From: Calcarisporiella thermophila CBS 279.70
Lineage: Eukaryota; Fungi; Calcarisporiellomycota
DNA length: 64,000 nt
Assembly (NCBI RefSeq): GCF_041956535.1
Contig: NW_027192201.1
Coordinates: 672,206-736,205 of the forward strand
Reading direction: 5' to 3'
Part shown: positions 38,755 to 53,135 of the stretch, one piece after another
How positions within the stretch are numbered: position 1 is the stretch's first letter
Layout of the letters: each line of letters opens with the position of its first letter
The notes under the pieces: generated by a model
The model's input: only the letters and a program-made list of their open reading frames with translations
The model's database searches: none
What the model was told of the DNA's origin: nothing
Program-made: the position numbers and the translations under genes

Positions 38755-40645
38755 TTCATATTCTCCCCACCCATCCCTCTTTACGGCCTCCTTATTTTTG
38801 TATATTTTAGTGTTTTAGTGTTTTCTTTGCTTTTTTTTCATTATCTCAATTGAACTTTTTTCTTATTCTATATTAGACAATTGGACAGTGTGATGTATTG
38901 GAAAAATTCTCAAAGGAGAAAAAACTAGTTTCTTGGAATAACAGTTGGATTTTCTGTATAGAATAAGTTAGTCAACTATAAGATATTTTTCATATTCAAA
39001 GCTGGCTTCCCCACCCTGGATTGTCGTAGAAGAGTAAATATTGGAGATTCTATAAGGCTAGGCTATGCTCAGGATTATCAAAGTCTCAGTCCCTGTAGGC
39101 CCGAAGCAGTTAAAATCCTTTCCTTCTAACTTATATTTCCGAGTTTATTTGTTAAGAGAATGCAGAAATTGCAAAGCTCTGTTATCGAATTTGAACAACC
39201 TCGACTATATAATTCTAAAAACTGCGTTGACATCAAAATAAATATGTTTAAAATATAAAAAATAACACCTATAATAGGGTAGGACGTATTCAAAAGTTAC
39301 CCTATTCTCACAAAGCTTATTCAGGGGAACATCTCAAGAGGAAATATCATAAGCAATAGGATTCTATTATATTGAATTCGCTGGAAAGGGAAACTATTTC
39401 ACAGCTCTCCGGAAAAATGTGTGCTATAATAGGAGCTCGGCACATATTTATTGCTAAAGCATATTGTGTTATCTATATTGTGATACTTGCACTTCAACGA
39501 CAGGTGATCACGTTACTTCATCGCCGTAGCAATTTTACAATTTTCCAGTTTATACGTATTACGCAGAGTCCAGCCAAGAGAGACAATAAAAGTGCTTTAA
39601 TATATTGGAAGCCACATCAATATTTAGATTTGCTGATTGAAGGTAGTGAAAGTGGGACAAGAATACGTGTAATTGAGAGCCAAAAACCCAAATATTAGGA
39701 AATGTCTATTACGTGATGTCGAGAGAATGCAGGATAGAATTTGCAAGATGCATCCTCATGAAGATCCAGGGTCTAATGAATACAATAAACCAGACTCCAC
39801 AAGAATGGGTCACTCTACTAGTTCCTAAGCAAAGAAGCGACAAGAATCTGACCGCCCCGTCCCTTTCTAAATTGGTGTACCGTTGCCGAATAGTAGGGAT
39901 AAAGTTACCAGTAGAGATTGAAAAACTTCGAAAAAGAAGAGCCATCTTCGCAACTCCTCTCTCTTTGTCTCACCCGTTTAGGTTTGAATTCGTGGCAGGA
40001 TCGACAAAGCAAGAGATTATCGTTTCGAAAATTGAATATAGGGGCTCTTAGGTATTAAACTGGAATCCGACAAAGCGTGCTCAATTATTCAACTAGATCT
40101 TGAATAAAAGCTAGATGATAGAAATTATAATCAAGGTAATGGGAAGAGTCTTTGTTGGCAAGGATACAAATAAGAGAAGTTAGGGAGGATAAAAATTGGC
40201 TTGACTTTCTATTGTACATAATCCATGCGTCTTACCCTCGTGGTTACACACTACTGTGATTTTAGGTTGTTAATTTGTGAAATCACTATCAACGAAGGCG
40301 GGGTGAAGGTAAGTATTGCCAGCCCGATATATTTCAATTTCTGGTCATACCTGTGTATTCAGCCGCAATGATGAAAGTTGGATCGATTATTGGCAGCCTG
40401 ACTAATTCTTTCTATTCGCCATTATAGGTTTGAAGATTTGCGATTATATTTTTCCCGAGTTTTACACTTTTACGCATAATCTAATTTAAACTTAAGGTTT
40501 ATAGGATCTACGCTTATAATCCTCTAGCCTCTTCCCCTCTGTTCTTCAAAGTCTCTCCATTTCGAGTTTCTCATTCCCATCACAACTTGCTTCGTTCTTA
40601 TATACCAGTAGATACCTCCTGGCGACCTATTTATGTGGATTAGCA

Positions 40646-42025
40646 ATGAAGAGAATATTCGAGGATGCTTTTCAAGACACCCTTTATTTTTCGTGCCCAG
40701 TAAAATACAATCTTCTAGTGCGCCAACACCCTGAGCGTGCTCGACTATGTAGTTTCAGAGACAAAGGTTTTCTTGTTTCCGTCTAGAATTTCTCTCGACT
40801 ATCGATTGAATCTTCTCTACTTTCCTTTTTCCTATAGTTGACCGAAGGCCGATTGATCCACCTCCTATTGTTCAGCTTAAAATAGAAGGCTGTGTCAATG
40901 AGTAATGTCCTACCTATCCTCTCTCTTCTTTAAATTCCTTTAACGTATTTCTTCGTGTTACAAAAGAAACTATCTCCAGAATATTTACTACTTCGTACAT
41001 TGCAATCTTGTACATCCTGTTACGCTCGATGAGGTCAACTTTTACAACAGAAACCGAGTGTGCGTTGGAACAACTGTGCAGTCTCTCTATAAGCTGAAAG
41101 ATGTCGACAATACGGATGGCGGATTTTTCACATTTTCTGATATATCAATCCGAGTGGAGGGTGTTTTCCGGCTCAAATTTGTATTGTATGAAATTAGAGG
41201 GTAAAATTGTCTTTCTATAGGCATAACCTGTATTCTCATAGATTGCTTCCTCACTATATGTTTCACCAATACAGAATGGAGGCGATTGCACTCACAAAAT
41301 CCTATTCAAATCCCTTTACTGTGTATCCACCCAAGTTCTTTCCAGGGATGGCTGGTAAGCAGAGATCCAGTGTGAGAATGAATGAATAGCTGCAATTGAC
41401 CGTCTCTGGAAACGGACCGCTTTTATTAGAATCAACCTTTTTGACGCGAATGTTCTCTGATCAGGGAGTTCGGTTGCGTACCCGCAGAGAGAATCGTGCT
41501 CAGCCACTCAAGCAAAAGCATCCGAGCGTACAAGAGGAGCACCCTTCCACGCCAACTCTTTCTTTTCTAGATCAACCACGCACTCCACCCTATATGGGTC
41601 ACCCGGTTACTCCTCCTCCTCCCAGCCGATACGACAGGATGCACACACCACCCAGCACTCCTTCTCTTTCGTCCCTAGTTTGCTCTCCGGAATTTAAATT
41701 AAAGCAGCGATATGCGGTTGACTCAATTTCTTCCCATATTAACTACTCTCGCATACAACCGCAATATCCGTCTGCTCCAGCACAAAGCTGCCAACCACGC
41801 TCTTTATACTCCCCGCCTCAAACGCACTCCCGCACTACATTAATAGCTTTAGAGCCATTGCAAAAAGTTACTAAATCACTCGATTGCTCATCGGGGAGGG
41901 TGGAAGTAAAAATAGCCGGAGAAGTTGCAACAGCATCGGACTGTTTCGCAAAATTATTTTCTAGATATGCAAAGAGATATGCATCTTATACTAAGGAGCT
42001 ACCCACTTCGATAATTCGATGCTAG
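40646..42025 (+). CDS. Velvet-domain transcription factor (VosA/VelC-like), multi-exon
   Basis: YNLLVRQHPERARLC, DRRPIDPPPIVQL, KLKDVDNTDGGFFTFSDISIRVEGVFRLKF, PFTVYPPKFFPGM, STFLTRMFSDQGVRLRTR. Confidence 0.92.
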
Positions 42026-42369
42026 AAAGTTATTGCAGTTGCGGATGGCGTTTTAATCCCCTAATTTTGGCAGGAGAGTATCTTACCTTTTAATCCCATC
42101 CTATGCTATGTATTCTCGATGTCTATTCCATATGTACATATTGAGATTTCAAAATCAGTTATTAAAATCTTATTCAGTAGTGCCTGAGATAACCCAATAA
42201 AAATAATATTTAATTAATACCAAAAAAGCGTAAAAATAAATAAAATTATCATTTGTAAATATTCTTTACAAATATCTAGATAAATAAAAGAAAAAAAAAA
42301 TAATTACCTGAATATCAAAAATAAAAATTACAGGGAAATATGTCAAGAATTATTAAAAATCGCTCATTT

Positions 42370-43584
42370 TTAGACCACAATTCCGCTGTCACATCTCAAG
42401 TTTCGGCTATAGGATTGGGTAGGCGTGGGAGGAAGTTGATACATCTTGGTAAAGGGCTGAGATTGCTGATGGTGGTAAGAATAAGGATAATGCGAATATG
42501 GTGGAGTAACCGAGGTTCGCGATGGATATTTAACATAGTGCGATTTACCAATCTGCCAAATTGTGAGTTTTGTGAATTCCAGATGCTTTCCTGTTAGAAT
42601 TGAAAATGCTTTATTAATTACCTTCGGTTCATTATCAACCCGGAATTCTTGGGGTACTGGTGGAAGGGGATGAACACGAAGTGGCCGTTGTTGCAAATGT
42701 TCGAGTCGATTGTCTTGCTGAGTACGAATATCAGGTTGAGAATGAGGGCGCTGATTAAGGAGCAATAAAGAGAAAATTTGATTAAGGCGTATTGATATAT
42801 ATATATATATACGTTTGATAAATCCCTTGGTGTATTTACCTTACGCGGTGATTTCCTCTTCACATAATTATTAGATCTATCGCGCATTTCTACTCTTGGC
42901 CCGAGGTCACTATGGCACATGTACGGGGACTGTTCGGGAGAGCGTGAAACAGGACGGAGAACTTCTGGCATTTTGGGCTCACCGCATAGGATAAGTGATG
43001 GATTGGGCCTGTAAACGAGCTCCTCTCTGGCGGCAGGAGAATCTTCGAGGGTGAGCTATGTAAACACATTTCATTTAATATATTTTCCATGCCTTTTCGA
43101 AAAAATTAAATTCAAAACTATACCTTGCAAAGATTTTTGTTGGACTCCGACTTTGTCAAGGAGCTAGAGGGGTTCGCATCAAAATCCATTTGGATCGCTG
43201 CAGCGACTTCTGCCATTTGTAGGCGTAATTTTTCTCCCTAAATCAGGTGAAGAATTAGCATGAGAGTTAAAGTAAAATAAAAGAACCAGATAAACCTACA
43301 TCATACGGGATATTCTTCACCTCATTGGCTCCTATATGTTTCGTATGCTGGAAGTTGGTTGGCACGCCAATCATGTCCTTGGTTATCCGCTTTCCTTGTT
43401 TCGCTTTCTTACTCGCTTTTAGGGGCTCTTTTGTACTCTTTGCCTTTGTCTTCTTCCGTTCGTCCGCGTGAATCCAATCTGACCTACAGTTATTAAAGTT
43501 AGCATCCTCAATTATTTGGCTTACCTTCTGGTGATTCAGGTTTTTACGCGACTTGAAACTAGCTTTAAAGCACAACTGTCCCAT
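42370..43584 (-). CDS. CRIB/PBD-motif protein (Cdc42/Rac effector-like); 3' exon structure uncertain
   Basis: ITKDMIGVPTNFQHTKHIG CRIB motif; N-terminal MGQLC. Confidence 0.65.
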
Positions 43585-44143
43585 TTTTTGTGTAATGCAA
43601 ATTAAAAATGCTAGAAAATCAAGAAAGAATTTTATATTTTTTAAAAAATAGAGGTAGTCTATGAAATTCTTTGAAATCTTCGACGATGATTAAAGATATT
43701 GTCTGATTATGTTTGGAGGAAAAGTTATGTTGTCGAGGGAGACGCGTAAAAAACTCACGTTAGATCTCGATTCCAAAAATGGCAAGACTCAACCTTGATA
43801 TTTCGTCATATTCACTTTTACATAGAGTGTCATTATCGTTGTTTTGCTTACTCTTTTATGTATATTATTTGGGTTTTGATTATTGCATTAACACTAAGGC
43901 TGTAGGGGAAAGTTGAAACTTCACTTTGAGTACTCAGCCAATATAGAATTGTAATAATATGCATATACTCTCATTGTGTTTATAGGATTTTCAAAACCAT
44001 CGTATTGAACATCCGAACACAAGCCACTGAGTGGAAGAACAAAACTAGCTAACATCCTCTTTACTTGTTCCTCCTCTCCGAATACGTCTCGGATTTTCCA
44101 ATAAATAAGGAAAGGGATATGTGAGTATCTTTAGCCTTCGCAA

Positions 44144-44167
44144 CCATCCATCCATCCATCCATCCAT
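44144..44167 (+). repeat. (CCAT)6 microsatellite in the RPS2 promoter region
   Basis: Six perfect CCAT units ~80 bp before the ATG. Confidence 0.9.
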
Positions 44168-44248
44168 GGGAGATAAGAGTGTTGAGAGAAGAGGTCGGAT
44201 GCTTTAATTGGCACGGATTGACTGACTCGTTTTTGTCTTTAATAGCAA

Positions 44249-45275
44249 ATGGCTGACACTACACCTTCAGCCGATAATCGCGGCGGTATGTATTCTCAAA
44301 TACTATTATTGTAGTTTTCATTTTGAAGCAGATGGAAGGGAAATGGGAGGGCGATGCGGTAGATTGAGTTGGCCATTTCTGTTTTGTTTTATTTGTTATT
44401 ATGTTTTGCGCATTGGATCATGATCGATTGTGTTTGCTCATAATCCATATATTGGCATAATAGGGCGTGGTGGTTTTGGACGTGGACGTGGGCGCGGACG
44501 CGGTGGTCGTGGACGTGGTCGCGGTCGCAGGGATGACGACAAGAGCGAATGGTAAGTCCAAACAACATGGCCATGTTCCACCAGTTCCTCATCGACATTA
44601 TTTTCCTCCTCAACTAGGGTCCCGGTCACCAAGCTCGGCCGCCTCGTGAAGGATGGTAAAATCAAATCCATGGAGGAGATTTACCTCTTCTCGCTCCCCA
44701 TCAAGGAGTACCAGGTTGTCGACTACTTCCTGCCCAAACTCAAGGACGAGGTCATGAAGATCATGCCTGTCCAGAAGCAGACCCGTGCCGGTCAGCGCAC
44801 TCGCTTCAAGGCTTTCGTTGTCATTGGTGACTTCGACGGGCACGTCGGCCTCGGTGTTAAGTGCTCGAAGGAAGTGGCTACCGCTATCCGTGGTGCCATC
44901 ATCCTCGCCAAATTGAGCGTTATCCCCGTGCGCCGTGGATACTGGGGCACCAAACTCGGTGAACCTCACACCGTGCCAGCTAAGGTCACCGGCAAGTGCG
45001 GTTCCGTCATTTGCCGTCTGGTGCCTGCTCCCCGTGGTACCGGCATTGTCGCTGCCCCCACTCCCAAGAAGCTGTTGCAACTCGCCGGTATCTCCGACTG
45101 CTACACCACTTCCCGGGGCTCAACTCGCACGATGGGCAACTTTGTTAAGGCGACCTTTGCTGCCATCGGCAATACCTATGGCTTCCTGACCCCTGACCTT
45201 TGGACCGAGACTACCTTCACCAAGGTTCCTTACCAGGAGTTCAGCGACTTCCTTGCTCAGAAGCAACGCAAATAG
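44249..45275 (+). CDS. RPS2: 40S ribosomal protein S2 (uS5), 3 exons
   Basis: RGG-rich N-terminus, [31 protein letters not shown], strong codon bias. Confidence 0.98.
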
Positions 45276-45829
45276 AGGATTTCCTTAAAGGGGGAATAAA
45301 ACCATGAACACTTTATCCTTTTGATGATCTCTCTTGGTATATCTTTTTATTTTTTCCTTTACTCATCGCTTCCCCCTTTTTTTGGGTGTTTTTTCTCGTG
45401 TGATGAAGTTGTTGACGCGGAAAATATTAAAAAATAAAAAAATGGGCCTAGTGAAAAATATTTCAGATATGGCATGGTGCAGTTTGAAGTATATTAAATG
45501 TGAATATAAAGCGAACTATAAGATCCATTACTATCAGTTTGACCCCAAGGTTTTTGTTGTATTAGCTCCCATGTAGCCACCATGAGTCTGTTTTCATTCA
45601 GAAGTGTGAAAAACAGAGTGCTCCCCCAGACTTAATTGGTTGGAACAGCTTTGGTGATCAAGTACGAAAATTCCTTGAAATTATAAAAAAAGTCGTCACA
45701 AAGCTATAAAGCGGAACTTCCCAAGATTAGTGCTATTCATCAATCGATGATTTCTAATTCCAGCATTTAATTCTCCAATATTCATCACGACTATATCAAG
45801 AAAACTTCATTCTATTTTGGTTATTCAAT

Positions 45830-46033
45830 ATGGACACAACAGATATCATTCGGCGGGGCAATCCGGCCTGGAAAACTCTCGCAGAGTGGAGGAAACCGAA
45901 TGCCCAATTCACCGTCGAGATCGACCCGACACCCCTAGCCGAGCCCGAAGTGAAAGCTGATGAGCCTGATGGGTGGGGGGCTGACATCGTAGAAAAGCCG
46001 TGGTGTGAGAATTTCAATCGAACAAATAATTAA
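45830..46033 (+). CDS. Putative anaphase-promoting complex subunit Apc13-like small protein
   Basis: 67-aa ORF with an MD(T)..R...WR...I....LAEPE...E.PW pattern recalling ANAPC13; GC-rich relative to flanks. Confidence 0.5.
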   Translation: MDTTDIIRRGNPAWKTLAEWRKPNAQFTVEIDPTPLAEPEVKADEPDGWGADIVEKPWCENFNRTNN

Positions 46034-46290
46034 TGGAATTCATTTAAATATTGATGGTTTAGGTATACTTTAAACCCATGGGTTATTAATTCTTTAATAA
46101 CCACTTGCATTCTCTTCACATGTTCTATTATCAATGATTGTATCTGATTTTTTTTGTTTTTTTTTTGATTTTATATTATATATTGGCTTCTTTTCTGTTG
46201 ATGTCTAACTCTATAGCCTATTTATTCGTCCACTCAAATAAATCATCCATAATATCCCAAGGTATTGCTTAGTGCATTTTTAGAGCCCTA

Positions 46291-47862
<1,572 letters not shown>

Positions 47863-48076
47863 GTTTAATTGATGTAGTATAGTGGAGGTTAATGAAATTG
47901 AGGAGAGAAAAGTGCTTTGCAGGTAAAAAAGGGGTGGCGATCGAATCCTTTCAGCTCGCATGACTCGATTTTTTCTCACACTTTTTCCCACAGTCTTTTT
48001 TTTTTTCACTTGTCAAACGCTTATTTTCACAAATTAACGCTCTTGTAATGATAAGTCATTTTATTTTTGTATTCCT

Positions 48077-50855
48077 TTAGAAGCGGCGCTTAGGCTGCTT
48101 GGCTTTAGTTTTCACGTCTTCGACCGCTTTGCTCGTTACTTCAGTAGGAAGCAATGGATTTCCTATGTTGTATACAGATATCTTAATGAGCCCCGTCCAT
48201 CTTTCATCTTAAAAAAGAGAAGCACTTACGCTCTTTATCCATCAAACGTTCAGCCAAATCGCTAATAATTCCACCCGAGAGGTATCGCGTTGACGTTCCT
48301 CGGGGCATGAGTGGCTGTGCCAGCATGGATTTCAATTGTGCTTTCCATTGTTTGACCTGATGCTTCTTATTATCCCTTTGTTCGTTATCTGAAGCTTTTC
48401 CTTGGAACCTTTTAAGTTGTAAAGCACAAGGGTCAAAATAATGCACAATGGTTATACACAAATAATGAATAGATTCATACATGTCATCATCAAGGATAAT
48501 GCCCATTTCATCGGCACTTTTCCGGAGCCAATTGTCTTCATAGTTCGTCTATCAGTGTAATATGTAAGCAAGAGCTTTCAATGAGGTATAAATAGTGAGA
48601 AGCAATACCTTTTGCATTCTATGCTCAGCTTCGTCTATTTTCCTTGCGAGGCTTATATGCTCTTTCATCTTAGTAAGAATTCCTCGATCTACGGGAAATT
48701 CGGGATATCCGTTTTCTTGAATAAAAATGCAATGTAAATTAAAATTCAGAGCCGCTTTGCTAAAAAGCCCTTACCTCTATTTAGCGCGTTACATATTTTT
48801 TTATACTGCCCGATCTCTTCTGGGCTATTGAGCATCAAGCTGATGCCCTCGCGTTGTGCTCTTGCCGTTCTACCACTGCGATGAACATAGATTTCACCAG
48901 TGCGCGGGAGCTGGTAATGGAGCACGTGCTCGACAAGGGGAATATCTAGACCTCTGGCAGCGACATCAGAAGCAACAAGGATAGCATTTTCGTTTGCCTT
49001 GAACCTGAAAAATCAAGGCATACCAAATTATATTTCAAATGTGGAATGAATAGGATAATATAAAGGCATTTACCGATCGAGATTTTTTAATCGCTGTCGC
49101 TGTTGCATTTGAGCATGTAAACTTAAAACCTCCACGCCTAGTAACCGGAAGACAGGCACCAGTCTCCGGATGGAATCGATGCTGTTGACGAAAACTAGTG
49201 TTCTGCCAGGGTATCGTTTAATGAAATAGTACATATATGCGTCCTTGTCCTTCTGCAGGCAGTCTACTCTAGCTTCGACAAGATTAGAGGCTACTGCAGT
49301 AGAGGTGGTGAGATCGATGAAAGCGGGTTCGGGATCGGAGAACTCAATGCGGTCCATCAATTCTTTAAGTTTGTCTGTCTCATTGGCATTATCATTTTTC
49401 CTACGTCTGTACTCCATAGTGAGAGATCTGGTCATGGTGGCGCTGAAAATGAACGTTTGACGGGGCGAAATATCTTCAGTGATTTCCTTATTTTCTTCGT
49501 TTTGCATATGCTCCGGCCATTCGTTGGTATCGCTATTATAGAAGATAAATATTCGCTTTCAATGACTGTCTAGAAGCTAATAAATATGTAGACTTTACTC
49601 ACGTTCTCTTCCGTGACAGAACCTGGAGAATATTCTGTAATTCTCTGAAGTGGCCCGTTTCTAACATACGGTCTGCTTCATCAATTACCAGAAATTGGAT
49701 GCGCTTTACCAATCCTAAGTATTCGTCATTCTAAAAAAAATACACCAAAAGTAATAAGCAAATGGTGAAGGCTCGATTATACGAAAAATAAGCCTACCTC
49801 CGAAAGCATTTCCCACACACGACCTGGTGTTCCGATGATCACGTTAGGACCTCGTGCCAATAACCTTCGCTGCTTCTGTGGAGCCATTCCACCCACTAAT
49901 GTCATGATGTGGGCTGAAGTAAATTGAGCAATCGCAGTAAAATGGTCCTTCACTTGGATAGCAAGTTCACGAGTCGGAGTGAGGACGAGAGCAACGAGCG
50001 AGTTTTGGGAGGGTGGAGGATTTTGAGCGATGTGATGGATGATGGGAAGCCCAAAGGCAAGAGTTTTACCGGAGCCCTATTAAATACAGTCGTTTGTTTG
50101 TATTCGAAGAAGTTTGTTACAAGAGATGAAATAGTTACCGTTTCCGCCGCACCGACGACATCTCGCCCCGCCATCCCCATCGGCAGAGCTTTCTCCTGGA
50201 TTGGAGTTGGAGTAGTGAAGTTGAGTTTTTTCAAAGCGCGGATAATGGGCCTTGCAAGTTGGTATGGATCCCAAGCTGATATATCTACATCCACCTTGTC
50301 CCATTCTTCGCCGTTATCGTTGTTTGCTGGTTCCTCTTCAACTTCCTCCTTTCGCCTAGGCTCATTCTGAGTATCTTTGTCTTCTGATTTAGGTTCTGAA
50401 GACGCTTCGGTTTTATTTATTTTACTCTTCTTTTGCTTGTTGTTTTTAGCAGTTTTTTCCGTCGACGGCTTTTGTTTCTTTGTTGCTCGCTCAACTTTCT
50501 ATGTTTGAGAATAGTAGAAAATGCGTGCTCAGAATGGACATTAGAAAAGCGAAGGTATATAACAACTCACTTTGAATTTGATAATGCGCCCAGTTTTTTC
50601 ATCCCCTTCATACTCTACATCCACTCCATCGATTTCTTCCAAACTCAGGAACCCACAGCCATCGTCGGAAGCGCCCAGAAACAAACTGTCTGGGCAGCTT
50701 ACTTGTGACCAGCCTAGCGTTTCTTCAGCTTCGCTGTTTTCGTCCGCCGCAAAGAATTTGCGCTTTTTGGATTTGGACTTTGATTGAAGAGGTGAAGTAG
50801 TAGCTAGTGTTGAAGTAATGGACTCGCCAGTTGCCGTATCCGTCACTTCCCACAT
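48077..50855 (-). CDS. MAK5: DEAD-box RNA helicase Mak5/DDX24
   Basis: [50 protein letters not shown]; N-terminal [11 protein letters not shown]. Confidence 0.92.
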
Positions 50856-51029
50856 TTTAATTTTGATTAATATTAATATTGGAATGTAATAATATCGAGG
50901 TAGTTTAAGAGAGTAAACAATTTTAACGTGACTGCTACTGTAATGAATTGGCTCCTCCAGTCCAATATTCCTGTCTGGTAAAACAAGAGACGCGATCAAA
51001 AGTAAATTGGTTAGTCCTCAAGAAGAATA

Positions 51030-52825
51030 ATGCAGACACCCATTCAGGTATATAAATTGATTCTTCTAGATCTAAAACTTCTGCTCATTTCTCACCTAAT
51101 CTCGATCCACTTAACGCCATCGTAGGCGCTCGGTGGTCGACACACCCCCCAGACGCCTGTTCAACGCATTCCCGGTCAAGCCCCTCTCCAGCCGCCACAG
51201 CAACAGATGATGCCAGACGGTCGAGTGATCGGGAAGCGGCCAAGTAGTGGACAACCTAGCGAACGGCAAACAAAGTAAGAGATTATTTTTCAATGTCTAT
51301 TTTTCAACCACTGTATCATTTATTTTTTTGGATTTATTTGCACATTTAGGAAATTTTTGGCCGATCGAACTATTTCATCAAAGGTCGAGACGTTTGTGCC
51401 AGAATCAAGATTATATAATGAATTGGTCGGCTTTGAGAAAAAACTTGACGCGATCATCATGCGAAAGAGAATAGATATACAGGAGGCGATGAGGAGTCCA
51501 CCCAAAGTATGATAAATATAAAAAAATAATTATCATTGATTGGTTGGATTAATTATTTTATTGATGTAGATGAAACGAACGCTTCGTGTCTTCATTTCTA
51601 ATCTTGCCTCCGATCAACCATCTCAGCGTGGAGAAAATGAAGATGATGAAGGCGATGTGGATGCAACTGTGAATCCACCTTCTTGGACTCTACGGATCGA
51701 AGGACGCCTACTAGAGGTATAGTTCAGTTAATTTGAGAAGGATAATTCTGTGGGTATACAAGTTGACACATTTCAATTTCACTCTGTACAGCCCTCCTCT
51801 TCTTCTAGCAAAAATCGCCCGCCTTCCAAAAAGTTCTCTTCGTTCTTCCGCAGCATTGTGGTTGAACTCGAACGCGATCCAACACTCTATCCAGAAGGCA
51901 ATCTTGTCGAGTGGGTGAAAACTCCTACCTCCCAGGAGGTTGATGGTTTTGAAATTAAGCGCAAAGGTGATGCAAATGTAAAGGCACGAATTATGTTGCA
52001 TCTGGACTACTCGCCTGCGAAGTTTAAGTTGTCGCCAGAGTTGGCAGACCTTCTTGGGGTTCGCGTGGATACGAAACCACAGGTTCTCTTGAATTTATGG
52101 CAGTATGTGAAGGTAAGTGCAATTGAATAATGACTTTTACTCGAATTCTAGTCTAAAAACTCTTCATCCTTAGAATAACAAACTGCAAGACAGCCAAGAT
52201 AAGCGTATCATCAATAACAATGAGAGGCTTCGTAAAGTACGTAGACCTTTGTGGAAATAGATGTGATGTGTAGTTATCTTTATTTACATATGCATTATAT
52301 TTGCGATGTTTACAGATTTTCCTCATGGATCGCATGATGTTTTCTCAGCTCCCTGACCTCATCAATCGCCACCTACTTCCTCCGGATCCGATTGTACTTG
52401 ATTACCTAATCCGTGTAGATAAAGATTATCACCTCTCACGACATGCGTGCGACATCGAGGTTGAGCTTGACGACGCACTACGCCAGAAGATGGCGGCCGT
52501 TATTTCGACAACCCCCTCACAAAAGGAAATTCAAACCCTTCATGATCAGATCACGCGGCTGCTTCACTCTATTGCGCAAACTAAAATGAAGAGAGACTTT
52601 CTTGTGCAGTTTGCCAAGCAGCCTGCAGAATTTGTACGGCGGTGGTGCGAGAGTCAATCGAGAGATTTACAGGTGATCCTAGGTGAGAGCCAGGTAGGGT
52701 TAGAGGAGTCACGGCGTTCGGAGTTCTATCGACAAGAATGGGTCAAAGAGGCAGTATTTCATTATATGCACTCGAAAACTGTGCTGCGAATGCAAGAGCT
52801 CTTGAATGCTAGAGGACAACAATGA
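51030..52825 (+). CDS. SWI/SNF-RSC subunit SMARCD/BAF60 (Snf12/Rsc6/Ssr3), SWIB domain
   Basis: LVGFEKKLDAIIMRKR, RTLRVFISN, WTLRIEGRLL, KFSSFF, DGFEIKRKG, LWQYVK, SQSRDL. Confidence 0.93.
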
Positions 52826-53135
52826 AAGATGACGCGGAGTGCTGCTTGCTTTTATTTTTGTAATAGTTTTTCTGGCATTGTTTAATATCATTCTCAGTTT
52901 TAGTTAACGAAAAAAAAAAAACAATCAAAAAGTCCATTTATAGCATTGGTACTGACATTAATTCGCAGAAAGAGAAGGCAAATGAAAAAAAAAGAAAGGA
53001 AAACGGAAAACAGAAAACAGAAACAACATTAGAAGAGGAACGGGGTTGAAAGCAAATATACAACGGAAAAAATATGGACATATAGGATACATAAATAGAA
53101 TTGGTGATATAGCAATTATCTGGAGGGGCCAAAAA

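Noticed and set aside
40158-40167. GTATCCTTG U12-like donor on the minus strand
   Set aside because: No host gene could be identified on that strand
45955-46000. CTGATGAG...GAAA resembling a hammerhead ribozyme core
   Set aside because: Stem II does not close with C-GAAA, and no stem I/III pairing or cleavage triplet geometry was found
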